Positions 47,799-56,614 of a stretch of DNA of 64,000 nt are shown here, piece after piece. The translations under genes and the position numbers were made by a program. The notes under the pieces are model-generated. The model was not told where the DNA came from and did no database searches. It worked only from the letters and a program-made list of their open reading frames with translations. Position 1 is the stretch's first letter; each line of letters begins with the position of its first letter. This DNA is from Minisyncoccota bacterium (GTDB lineage Bacteria; Patescibacteriota; Minisyncoccia; Phycocordibacterales; UBA1550): the NCBI GenBank assembly GCA_041660105.1, contig JBAZWZ010000003.1, forward strand, positions 25,527 through 89,526, given 5' to 3'.

Positions 47799-48458
47799 AT
47801 GAACCCAGAACAGGAAAAACTGCATATTTATATTGATGAATCAAGCACTCTTGGTATAAAGCAAAATGAGCCATACTTTATCGTTTGCGCGCTGGTTTTG
47901 TCTGAGGCAGAAAAACGCCCAATTAAAAATGCGGTAAAAAGAATCCTAAGGAAACTTTCTGAAAAGGGGAACCTCGATGAACTACACGCGAGTGAGATGT
48001 CATTTAGCGAAAAGCAGTTTGCGCACAATCGTTTCCAGGAGAAGGGTTTTTCCTTGTGTTATCTTGTTGCGCATAAAGAAAGCATTCATGAGAATCTTTT
48101 TAAGAAAAAGAATGTATGTTTTAACTATTTTGTTTATCTTGCGATTAAAGACGTTTTAGAGAAAACACACCTTAAGGACATCCATATAACTATTGACACA
48201 AGAAGTGTAAAAGTTACATCAGAAAAATCACTAGAGGAATATCTAAATACCCAATTGGCGCAACAGGGGATATATCATAAAAACGTTTTTGTGCAGTATG
48301 GCGACTCCAAAAACTATTTTCACCTCCAAGCTGTCGATTTGTTTTCAAACGCACTCTATGCAAGGTATAATTTTGGGAAAGAACATTTTTACTCATATAT
48401 TTCACATAAGGTTTTGCAGAAAGTACTTTTCCCGAAGGGGCACTTTGGTAAAAAGTAA
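47799..48458 (+). CDS. DUF3800 domain protein (RNase H-like acidic motifs)
   Basis: IYIDES, ELHASE, TIDTR, DS...LQAVD. Confidence 0.8.
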   Translation: MNPEQEKLHIYIDESSTLGIKQNEPYFIVCALVLSEAEKRPIKNAVKRILRKLSEKGNLDELHASEMSFSEKQFAHNRFQEKGFSLCYLVAHKESIHENLFKKKNVCFNYFVYLAIKDVLEKTHLKDIHITIDTRSVKVTSEKSLEEYLNTQLAQQGIYHKNVFVQYGDSKNYFHLQAVDLFSNALYARYNFGKEHFYSYISHKVLQKVLFPKGHFGKK

Positions 48459-48496
48459 ATTGCTTGCAATCTGTATGCTATGTGGTACATTGTAAG

Positions 48497-48592
48497 CAGG
48501 TAAGTCTTTTGGTTACGCTTATTGCAAGTAAATGTACTGTAAGTACATCGTGCCAAAAGCTCTATGAAAACATCCTGCGGGGTGTTTTCGTT
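48497..48592 (+). ncRNA. Putative DUF3800-associated structured RNA with its own promoter and terminator
   Basis: TTGCAA-16-TACATT; CTTTTGG/CCAAAAG stem; ATGTAC-TGTAA-GTACAT hairpin; TTACG complementary to the loop. Confidence 0.6.
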
Positions 48593-48636
48593 TATATACA
48601 AAAAAACCGACAACACTGTCGGTTTTTTTGTTGAGA

Positions 48637-49665
48637 TTATTTCTGAGCTTCGAGGAACTGGAATACTTTTTCGTTGGTGAGCATGAGGTCGAGGTGCATG
48701 CGGGCGCGGGCTTCGTCGACTTCCTTGTATTGGTCGGTGAAGAATTTTACTTCGCGGTCGAGGTCTTCTTTGAGAACCTCAATCTTTTCGAGAAGTGAAA
48801 TTTCGTTCAGTGCGATTTGAACCTTTGCTCGCTTTTCTGCGTCGGGTGCCCACTCCTTCTTCATTTCCTCCTCACTCTTCTTTGTTGTGGTGAGGTAATC
48901 TTCAAACTTCATCCCCATTTGCTCTACGTCATGACGGAACTGTCCGAGCATACGCTGGAGTTCGCCATCAATCAAAACTTGAGGAAGCTTCGCAGTGATA
49001 CCATCGGCAATCTTTTCCATCGTCATCATTCGCTTCTTCTCGCGAGCGCGCGTGGTCTTTTCGTGGGTGATTGATTCCTTGATCTTTGTGCGGAATGCTG
49101 CAACGTTTTCAAATGGTCCGAATTTTGTTACAAACTCATCGGTGACTTCAGGAAGAATCTCTTTCCCCTCAGCATCCTTCGTTGCAAACTGCTTTATGAG
49201 CTCTGCTTCTGCTTTTGAAACTTCGTCATCTGTCGCCTCAGTCACTTCCTCTGTCGCCATCACTTCCTTTGCAATCTTCTTGTAGTCGGGGAGCTTGATC
49301 TCAGGCATCACTTGGAAGGTGAGCGTGAACTCAAATGGATTGCCCGCTGCAATCTTGGTGACCTGTACGTCGGGCATTGCGATAGCGTGTATCTGGTGAC
49401 GTGAGAGTACTTCAGAGTATGCACGGTCCATAGCGAGGTTTGCCATCTCTTCGAGGATGAGTGCATCACCAAACTTCTGCGCAATCATCGAGTCAGGTAC
49501 GTGACCTTTGCGGAATCCTGGCATCGAAACTTCCTCGCCAATCTTCTTCATTGCGATGGGGCGCTCCTTTTCGAATACGTCTGCAGGAATCTCGCACGTA
49601 ATTTCAATACGGCTTTCTGGTAATTCTTTTAATGTTGTTTTAAGTGCTGTTTTGATATCTGTCAT
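48637..49665 (-). CDS. tig: Trigger factor lacking the FKBP PPIase domain
   Basis: PGFRKGHVP; short linker before LPEVTDEF; start ATG 49665. Confidence 0.9.
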   Translation of the reverse strand: MTDIKTALKTTLKELPESRIEITCEIPADVFEKERPIAMKKIGEEVSMPGFRKGHVPDSMIAQKFGDALILEEMANLAMDRAYSEVLSRHQIHAIAMPDVQVTKIAAGNPFEFTLTFQVMPEIKLPDYKKIAKEVMATEEVTEATDDEVSKAEAELIKQFATKDAEGKEILPEVTDEFVTKFGPFENVAAFRTKIKESITHEKTTRAREKKRMMTMEKIADGITAKLPQVLIDGELQRMLGQFRHDVEQMGMKFEDYLTTTKKSEEEMKKEWAPDAEKRAKVQIALNEISLLEKIEVLKEDLDREVKFFTDQYKEVDEARARMHLDLMLTNEKVFQFLEAQK

Positions 49666-49695
49666 TGGGGTAATATATCCTTTTGAGGGTGGTTT

Positions 49696-49758
49696 TGCAA
49701 GATAATACAAAGGGGGGCTTGACGCTCTGCGTCAAGCCCCCCTTTGTATTATCTTGCA
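49696..49758. repeat. Perfect 30-bp-arm hairpin
   Basis: Direct reading; TCT loop. Confidence 0.9.
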
Positions 49759-49769
49759 GAGAGTTACCT

Positions 49770-50066
49770 TTATATCTGAATGTCACTCAATCCTGCATCA
49801 ACCCCAGAAAGGTCAGTTGCGCCCAGGTCTGCTTCAATGTCTGCGAGGTCTGTTGAAGTGCCCTGAGTTGTGAGGGAGGTTACTGATGCGTCAGCTTGAG
49901 TTTCTGTCGTTGGGAGAGCGCTCTGTTCTGCTGGTGCAGGAACTTGCTTGAAGAAGTAGAATGCTCCAGCTGCGAGAACGATAACAATAAGAACAATGCT
50001 TGCAATTGAAGTCATTGATGATTTTTCTTCTGGCATCGGTGTGCCGTTGTTTGTGTCTTGGTCCAT
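49770..50066 (-). CDS. Small single-pass membrane protein
   Basis: TM helix; acidic tail STDLADIEADL. Confidence 0.65.
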   Translation of the reverse strand: MDQDTNNGTPMPEEKSSMTSIASIVLIVIVLAAGAFYFFKQVPAPAEQSALPTTETQADASVTSLTTQGTSTDLADIEADLGATDLSGVDAGLSDIQI

Positions 50067-50089
50067 AGTTTAAGAGAGTTAAAAATTGA

Positions 50090-50986
50090 TTATTGAGTAG
50101 TTGTCGCTGATGAAGTTGCGGGGCGTGGCTTGTTGACGCCTGGCTTTACCAAGGAGATGGCTTCTGCAATGAGCTTGTGTGCTGCTTGGATAGTCGCTGT
50201 GGCTTCCTTAATAAGTGGCTGTACTTTGTCGAGCTCAACTTTTGGTGTGGCGCTTGCAAATGCTGTTTCGATAGCGAGCTTGATTGCGGCTACTTGAGTG
50301 CGAGCCGAGTCGAGCTTTACCGTCGCTTCTGCGAGCTTCGCGCGAGATGCGTCAACGTTTACTCCTTTAGCTGCGAGATTGGTGAGAGCGGTGCTCAGAC
50401 GATTTGAAAGAGTCTGAACGCGCTCGATGGCAGCATTAAGACGCGAGTTTATGAGGTCAGTCTGCTTGTGAGCAATCTCAAGACGCTTCTTCATTGCCTC
50501 GTCTTTGATCTCTGCGCGCTTTGCGGTGGATGATGCACGAAGAGCCTTTGCTTGTTCTTCAAATTGATCACGCATATCTCTCCTCTCCACTGGAGTGGTT
50601 GATGCAAATGCCTTCTTCATTTCGACACGCATATCTTTTATCATTACCGTTGTAGACGCACGTACGGCACCAAGGTTGGCACGTGTTTCTACGCGATTTT
50701 CTTTTACCTCACCACGAAGCTCTCTTTGTTCTGCTGTGGTAGCATCACGAAATTCTTTTCGTTCATCTGCGATACCTGCGCGAACGTCCTTGAGTTCAGC
50801 ACGAACTGGTGGCATCGGTTTCATCCCTGGAACCAATGTTGGTTTTGGCTTAACCCCTGTAGTTGGTGGCACTATGTTTGATGTAGTGACGGAAGCATCA
50901 GTAGACACTCCTGTTGTTTGTGCACTTGCTGACATTGCAAAAAGTGCAATGGTTGCAACAAGGGCGAATTTAATATTTTTCTTCAT
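50090..50986 (-). CDS. Secreted alpha-helical coiled-coil protein
   Basis: Signal peptide; charged helical repeats. Confidence 0.75.
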   Translation of the reverse strand: MKKNIKFALVATIALFAMSASAQTTGVSTDASVTTSNIVPPTTGVKPKPTLVPGMKPMPPVRAELKDVRAGIADERKEFRDATTAEQRELRGEVKENRVETRANLGAVRASTTVMIKDMRVEMKKAFASTTPVERRDMRDQFEEQAKALRASSTAKRAEIKDEAMKKRLEIAHKQTDLINSRLNAAIERVQTLSNRLSTALTNLAAKGVNVDASRAKLAEATVKLDSARTQVAAIKLAIETAFASATPKVELDKVQPLIKEATATIQAAHKLIAEAISLVKPGVNKPRPATSSATTTQ

Positions 50987-51047
50987 ATACGTTATTAAAA
51001 TTATTAACTATTAATTCCTAATCCAGAACCTGTACTCTAATAGTATA

Positions 51048-51122
51048 CAACTAACCACTGACAACTGACAACTGACGAATACAACGAAAATGCGCGGTTT
51101 GCCGAAGGCAAACCGCGCATTT
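51048..51122. repeat. CAACTGA heptamer run plus GC hairpin (terminator after ppa)
   Basis: CAACTAACCACTGACAACTGACAACTGAC; AAATGCGCGGTTTGCC-GAA-GGCAAACCGCGCATTT. Confidence 0.7.
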
Positions 51123-51148
51123 CTGTATATTTGGCAAAACTAGGTAAA

Positions 51149-51685
51149 TTACTTCCCGTACTTCTGATTATACAAATCAATACTCTTGAACACTGAGGCT
51201 TCTGCAACCTCCTTTCCTTCAAATCCAGTTACTTCTACCTTCTTTTTTTGAATCTGCTTGTAGGTTACAAAGAAATGTTCCATCTCCTTGATGGTGTGCT
51301 TGTTGATATCAGACAGGTCGTGCACCTCGCCCCAACGTGGGTCGCCAATAGGAACTGCGATAACTTTGTCATCACCTTCGCCTCCGTCAATCATGTGCAT
51401 TATTGCAATAGGACGAGCAGCTACGAGGACACCAGGGAAGAGTGGGTATGTCGTGAGGAGCACCACATCAAGTGCATCGCCATCATCCCAAAGTGTCTGT
51501 GGTACGAAGCCATAGTCAAATGGATAATCCTGCGCCGTGTGGAGCGTGCGGTCGAGCGCAATGAGACCAGTCGTCTTGTCGATCTCGTACTTGTTTTTTG
51601 AGTGCTTGGGGATTTCAACGATGACGTTGATTTCGTTCGGGATGTTTTCACCGCGTGATACATCGTGATAGAGATTCATTGACAT
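51149..51685 (-). CDS. ppa: Inorganic pyrophosphatase (family I)
   Basis: KYEIDK, YGFVPQT..DDGDALD, DDKVI. Confidence 0.95.
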   Translation of the reverse strand: MSMNLYHDVSRGENIPNEINVIVEIPKHSKNKYEIDKTTGLIALDRTLHTAQDYPFDYGFVPQTLWDDGDALDVVLLTTYPLFPGVLVAARPIAIMHMIDGGEGDDKVIAVPIGDPRWGEVHDLSDINKHTIKEMEHFFVTYKQIQKKKVEVTGFEGKEVAEASVFKSIDLYNQKYGK

Positions 51686-51737
51686 AATAAGAAAGGTTTT
51701 AGCTGTTAGCTTTTAGGTGTTAGGTTCTTGCTAATAA

Positions 51738-53000
51738 TTATTCCGTTGATGCTGGGGTTTCTGCTACTACAGCGGGTGTCTCTTCGAGAATTTCTGCTGA
51801 TGACTCAGTTGTTACTTCCTTGATCATAACTTTGCCCTCAGTTGTCGCCTCTGCGATGACTTCACCTGGTACGCCGACAATGTCGAGCTTCCATCCCGTG
51901 AGCTTTGCTGCGAGACGAACGTTCTGGCCTCCGCGACCAATAGCGAGTGATTGTTGATCTGCTGATACGGTGACGGTTGCTTGGTGTTTCTCCTCATCAA
52001 TACTAACTGACACAACTTGTGCTGGAGAAAGTGCATCCTCGATAAATTTCTTTGCATCATCTGACCAAACAATGAGGTCAATCTTTTCTCCGCCAAGCTC
52101 GCTCATAACGGTTGATACACGTACGCCGCGCTGACCAACACAAGAGCCGATAGGATCAATGTGATCATCGCTTGAGAATACGGCAACCTTGGCACGTGAA
52201 CCTGCCTCGCGCGCAACTGCTTTGATTTCTACGGTACCTGCTGCAACCTCAGGAGCTTCTTGTGCAAAAAGTTTTTCAATCATCTTTGGATGTGAACGTG
52301 AGAGACGCACATCGATACCACGTGGAGTTTCTTCAACCTTATAAAGGTATGCGCTGATGCGCTCGCCCTGCTTGTAACGCTCGCTCGGAATCTGATCCTC
52401 GTATGCGAGGAGACCAGTCGTCTTGCCGAGGTCAACGAAAATATTGCCACGCTCCATACGCTGTACGGTACCTTGAACGATGTCACCGATTTTGCCACCA
52501 TATTCACCAACGATAGAAACTTTTTCAGCCTCGCGAATACGCTGGATGATAACCTGCTTTGCAGTCTGTGCTGCGATGCGACCATAGTCGCTATGTGCCT
52601 CGAGAGGGAAGATAACTTCGTCTCCCGCTACTGCATCACGCTTAATGCGACGTGCATCTTCAAGAAGAATATCGTGTTCAGGACTAAAACGGCGGAGGGA
52701 AATCTCTTCACCTTCGGCTACGCCATCATTGAGCCCTTTTTCTTTTGCCTCGGCTTGCTCATCGGTGTCCTCGGGCATACGGATGGTATTGCCATCAACA
52801 ACAATCTTCACCTGAATGAATTCAGTTTTACCAGAGCTTATATCGAAAACAGCGCGGACGATTTGTCCTTTCTTGCCGAAATCTTTTTTGTATGCGGCTG
52901 CGAGCGCTTGCTCAATAGCCTCAATGATTTTCTCGCGGGGGATACCGCGCTCCTGCTCGAGCTGCTCAAGCGCTGAACCCAATTGTTTTAAGTCTAACAT
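51738..53000 (-). CDS. nusA: Transcription termination factor NusA
   Basis: GRIAAQTAKQ, AREAGSR.K, AIGRGGQNVRLA. Confidence 0.97.
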   Translation of the reverse strand: MLDLKQLGSALEQLEQERGIPREKIIEAIEQALAAAYKKDFGKKGQIVRAVFDISSGKTEFIQVKIVVDGNTIRMPEDTDEQAEAKEKGLNDGVAEGEEISLRRFSPEHDILLEDARRIKRDAVAGDEVIFPLEAHSDYGRIAAQTAKQVIIQRIREAEKVSIVGEYGGKIGDIVQGTVQRMERGNIFVDLGKTTGLLAYEDQIPSERYKQGERISAYLYKVEETPRGIDVRLSRSHPKMIEKLFAQEAPEVAAGTVEIKAVAREAGSRAKVAVFSSDDHIDPIGSCVGQRGVRVSTVMSELGGEKIDLIVWSDDAKKFIEDALSPAQVVSVSIDEEKHQATVTVSADQQSLAIGRGGQNVRLAAKLTGWKLDIVGVPGEVIAEATTEGKVMIKEVTTESSAEILEETPAVVAETPASTE

Positions 53001-53038
53001 GATGATTTTTAAGGAGCGCAGCGACTATAAAAATCATC

Positions 53039-53179
53039 ACCCCGTTAAATACGGTTTGAGGGGGTCCTCAAACCGTGATTTCAAATTTTCTTCAAAATTT
53101 ACATAGCAATATACTTTACCAAACCCAGAAACATCGACTTGGTAAAATACAGTGCTAATTTGAAATCATTTAACGGGGT
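53039..53179. repeat. ACCCCGTTAAAT...ATTTAACGGGGT inverted-repeat element with nested hairpins
   Basis: 12-bp TIR plus GATTTCAAATT/AATTTGAAATC inner repeat. Confidence 0.65.
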
Positions 53180-53281
53180 ATAAGTAAAATATGTCGCTTT
53201 GCTCGTATTTTTCTAATAAAAATTGCCCGTTTTCGAGACGGACATTAACCTATATATAGTATCAAAATAAGGAAGGATGTC

Positions 53282-53335
53282 AACCCCGTCAGGGGTGGAC
53301 CTCGCTGCACTGCCTTCGCGGCCTCTAACGGGGTT
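53282..53335. repeat. Short element of the same ACCCCGT...ACGGGGT family
   Basis: AACCCCGTCAGGGG...CCTCTAACGGGGTT. Confidence 0.6.
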
Positions 53336-53398
53336 AAATTTGACTTTTGGCTCAAACAATGGCAGTCTGAGGATTAGATATCAACTAAGGAGCTGGCC

Positions 53399-53632
53399 AT
53401 GGAAAATGCAGGCGAAGTGAAAAAGGTTAGAGTTTTTGCCGCATACCAGCTTGGTACGGGGCCAGATGCAAAGATGATTGGCGGCGAAAGTGAAAACAGG
53501 TTTGAAGTTACGCTCGGCGCCACTTCAGCAATGATGCTTGAAATCGAAGCAGTATTGTCGGCACGACACGCTGAAGCTGTGGCGAAGGGGCTCATTCCTC
53601 TCATTCATCGTTACGAACTCATTAGTTTCTAG
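53399..53632 (+). CDS. Hypothetical protein
   Basis: AAGGAG SD. Confidence 0.55.
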   Translation: MENAGEVKKVRVFAAYQLGTGPDAKMIGGESENRFEVTLGATSAMMLEIEAVLSARHAEAVAKGLIPLIHRYELISF

Positions 53633-53653
53633 TTATTTGACAGGAGAATTCAG

Positions 53654-53917
53654 ATGGTTGAAGTAATTGGGTGTAAGCGTGTTCAGACTGCACATTCTGA
53701 ATACCTCCTTACTCTTGTCAGAGTTGAGGGGAAACTCAAGTGCATTTGTCGGAAAACCGCGGACCTTTCTAATGGAAAGCAATCAGCGCTCCCCGTTGGT
53801 TGGAAATGCGAAATAACAAAGCTTGCCCTTGAAAAAGGAAAGCGAATGCACCTCGTTGGAGATATTTTCTCAAGCACGGTAACGCGCATTGAAGATGTCC
53901 CATTGACCAAAAACTGA
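53654..53917 (+). CDS. Hypothetical protein
   Basis: AGGAG SD. Confidence 0.55.
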   Translation: MVEVIGCKRVQTAHSEYLLTLVRVEGKLKCICRKTADLSNGKQSALPVGWKCEITKLALEKGKRMHLVGDIFSSTVTRIEDVPLTKN

Positions 53918-53930
53918 AAGGAGAAACGAA

Positions 53931-54386
53931 ATGAAAACAGAAGTTCCTTTGTGGGGCACTGCTCTTACGAGTTTCGCAGTGTTGTTTGCGGTGGGGTTTT
54001 ACAATTTCGGGTTCACTGGCGCGATTGGGTTTTGTTGGTGTGTAATCGGGCGAATCATTGCGATTGCGCTTACTCTGGTGGCACTCGTAGCACTCGTCTG
54101 TGCTCTCGCTGTTGCTGTCTATTCTTTTGTGGAGGGGTTCAAACGTGTACGGGGCGAAAGACACGAATGGTACTTTGTAAACAGGCTTTGTTGCTCGTTC
54201 GTCTTGGTGGCGTGGGGGTTCCTGTTCTTACATATATCTTCGGAATATCTGTGGGTACCTTCCATCTTACCTGACACTATGAGCATATGTGCTCTGTGGG
54301 CGGTTTATTGGAAAATATATCTCGTCGCACTGCTCGTCTCCCTTACGATAAGGTCTTGGAACAAAAAGTGGTGTGGGGATTGGTGA
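53931..54386 (+). CDS. Hypothetical membrane protein (about 4 TM)
   Basis: AAGGAG SD; terminator at about 54404-54430. Confidence 0.6.
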   Translation: MKTEVPLWGTALTSFAVLFAVGFYNFGFTGAIGFCWCVIGRIIAIALTLVALVALVCALAVAVYSFVEGFKRVRGERHEWYFVNRLCCSFVLVAWGFLFLHISSEYLWVPSILPDTMSICALWAVYWKIYLVALLVSLTIRSWNKKWCGDW

Positions 54387-54480
54387 AATTCTCCCACAGT
54401 GCAAAGCGGCTTCGCGAGAAGCCGCTTTTTATTTTGTATAGACCTAAAGCATTCTCTATATAGAAATATTTTGTTATACT

Positions 54481-54590
54481 AACAATGAACAGGTGACCAA
54501 TGACACCGCTTTCGCGGACAAGTGACTTGGAAACTTTTTGCGTCGCGAAAAGTTTCCGTCAAATGTTAATTGTCAATCGTCAATTGTCCC
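54481..54590. repeat. Heptamer/hairpin element upstream of pilB
   Basis: TGACCAATGACACCGCTTTCGCGGACAAGTGAC; GGAAACTTTTTGC-GTC-GCGAAAAGTTTCC; GTCAAATGTTAATTGTCAATCGTCAATTGTC. Confidence 0.65.
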
Positions 54591-54597
54591 ACCCCCC

Positions 54598-56337
54598 ATG
54601 GCCGTCAACAACAAACAACTTAAAGAATTTATCGAAGACTCTGGTCTCGTGCCCCGCACGGAGCTCGAGGAGATAGATAAGCGTGCAGCAGAGACAAAAG
54701 TTTATCTTGGGAACGTGCTCGTATCTGAGGGGAAAATTTCTGAAGATGACTTGCGTCGCACTGAGGCGTACATCCTCGGCATTCCTTTCGTAAATCTCAA
54801 ATCACAAAAAATTGATTTTGAAGTTTTGTCGCTCATCCCTGAGCCTATCGCGCGCAAGCACAACATCGTCGCTTTCAAAAAAACAGAAACATCTCTCGAG
54901 GTCGCGATGCTCGATACGGATGACCTCGCCGCAATAGAATTTATAAAAAAGAAAGTTGGATTGAAGATCCTCCCGCGACTCACTGACAAGGAGTCCATCA
55001 CGGGCGTACTCCTCCAATATCAAAAAAGTCTCAAGGAGGAATTTGGAGATATTATTGAGAAAGAGGCGAGCGGGCTCAAAGAAGGAGAAGAAGATCAAAG
55101 CGAGGAGGATTTGAAAAAGCTCGCGCAAGATTTGCCGGTGGTAAAAATTGTTGATACGCTCCTCAATCACGCCATCATCCAAGGAGCATCAGATATTCAC
55201 ATCGAGCCTCTTGATACAGAAGTGGTGATTCGTTATCGCATCGACGGTATTCTCCATGATGCAATGACACTCCCAAAGAGTGCGGCGTCGGGTATTGTCG
55301 CGCGTGTGAAGGTTCTCTCAAACTTAAAGCTCGACGAAAAGCGTTTGCCTCAAGACGGACGTTTCAAGATAGACTCAGGTGGTGAGAAGGTTGCGTTCCG
55401 TGTGTCGACGCTCCCTGTGTACTATGGAGAGAAGACCGTTATGCGTCTTCTTCGTGAGACGTCGGAGGGATTTTCGCTCGAAGGGCTTGGCTTCCATGGG
55501 AAGGGCCTCGAGCGTATTCACGAGGCGACGAAGCAACGCGTCGGGATGATCCTCGCTACAGGACCTACGGGGTCTGGTAAGTCGACAACACTTTATACTA
55601 TTCTCGACCTTGTGAATGAGCCCGAGGTGAACATTTCTACTATTGAAGATCCTATCGAATATCAAATGAAGCGCGTGAATCAAACGCAAGTGAAATCAGA
55701 AATCGGCCTCACGTTTGCAAATGGACTTCGTACTCTAATGCGTCAAGACCCAGACATCATTATGGTGGGGGAAATCCGCGACACCGAGACGGCATCGCTC
55801 GCGGTCAACGCGGCTCTCACCGGTCACCTCGTGCTCTCGACACTCCACACCAACTCAGCTGCAGCATCGATGCCACGTCTCATCGATATGGAAATCGAGC
55901 CGTTCTTAATTGTTTCGACCGTGAATGTTATCATCGGACAGCGTCTCGTGCGCAGGCTGACTGCGACAAGAGACAAATATTTCTTGAATGCTGACGAGCT
56001 TGCTATCCTCGGGAAATCAGTGAACCTCGACCGCATTATGCAAGTGATGAAAGATGAAAAGCTCTTGGCTCCGACTGCCGAGTGGAAGGATGTACCTTTT
56101 TATCATCCAAAAAAGTCAACGGAATCAGAGGACGGTTACAAAGGCCGCGTGGGTATCCACGAAGTTATGAAAATGTCCGCAGCGATCCGCACACTCGTGC
56201 TCAAGGGCGCGACAGCATCGGAAGTGGAAGAGCAGGCAAAGAAAGAAGGAATGACGACGATGATTGAGGACGGGATTATTAAGGCGTCGCAGGGGATTAC
56301 GACCATAGAAGAAGTCTTGCGCGTAGTCTCCGAATAG
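54598..56337 (+). CDS. pilB: Type IV pilus assembly ATPase PilB (GspE/PulE family)
   Basis: ASDIHIEP, GPTGSGKS, IEDPIEY, RQDPDIIMVGEIRD; start ATG 54598. Confidence 0.93.
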   Translation: MAVNNKQLKEFIEDSGLVPRTELEEIDKRAAETKVYLGNVLVSEGKISEDDLRRTEAYILGIPFVNLKSQKIDFEVLSLIPEPIARKHNIVAFKKTETSLEVAMLDTDDLAAIEFIKKKVGLKILPRLTDKESITGVLLQYQKSLKEEFGDIIEKEASGLKEGEEDQSEEDLKKLAQDLPVVKIVDTLLNHAIIQGASDIHIEPLDTEVVIRYRIDGILHDAMTLPKSAASGIVARVKVLSNLKLDEKRLPQDGRFKIDSGGEKVAFRVSTLPVYYGEKTVMRLLRETSEGFSLEGLGFHGKGLERIHEATKQRVGMILATGPTGSGKSTTLYTILDLVNEPEVNISTIEDPIEYQMKRVNQTQVKSEIGLTFANGLRTLMRQDPDIIMVGEIRDTETASLAVNAALTGHLVLSTLHTNSAAASMPRLIDMEIEPFLIVSTVNVIIGQRLVRRLTATRDKYFLNADELAILGKSVNLDRIMQVMKDEKLLAPTAEWKDVPFYHPKKSTESEDGYKGRVGIHEVMKMSAAIRTLVLKGATASEVEEQAKKEGMTTMIEDGIIKASQGITTIEEVLRVVSE

Positions 56338-56458
56338 GCCTTCCAATATTGAGCGATTGCGTCGTTGTGATGCGTACAATCTCCGTCACCGTACGTCATG
56401 TACGTTTCCGTCGATTGTCCTTTCACGCCTTGCACTCGTCTCAATATTGAAAGGCCTA
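56335..56458. repeat. REP-like ~124-bp structured element
   Basis: TAGGCCTTCCAATATTGAG...CTCAATATTGAAAGGCCTA ends; internal CGTAC..GTACG. Confidence 0.6.
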
Positions 56459-56614
56459 GATTGAGTACATATTAAAGGAAAGGGAGGGATTGCCTACGGC
56501 AATCCCGCTCTTTCTGTGTTTGTAGTCTGTATGTCAACGGCTCATTTGGGCGGAAATGAGCCGTTGAGTCATTGCACTTCGCTATTTTTTGCGCGATAAT
56601 AGAAGAAGCATATT

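Noticed and set aside
18548-54597. N-terminal extensions in the ORF track (UbiA 18568, comM 27018, 28394, rpsO 29569, Xer 29854, xth 31457, tig 49710, pilB 54538)
   Set aside because: They run through repeats, palindromes or neighbouring genes; downstream ATGs match the family N-termini
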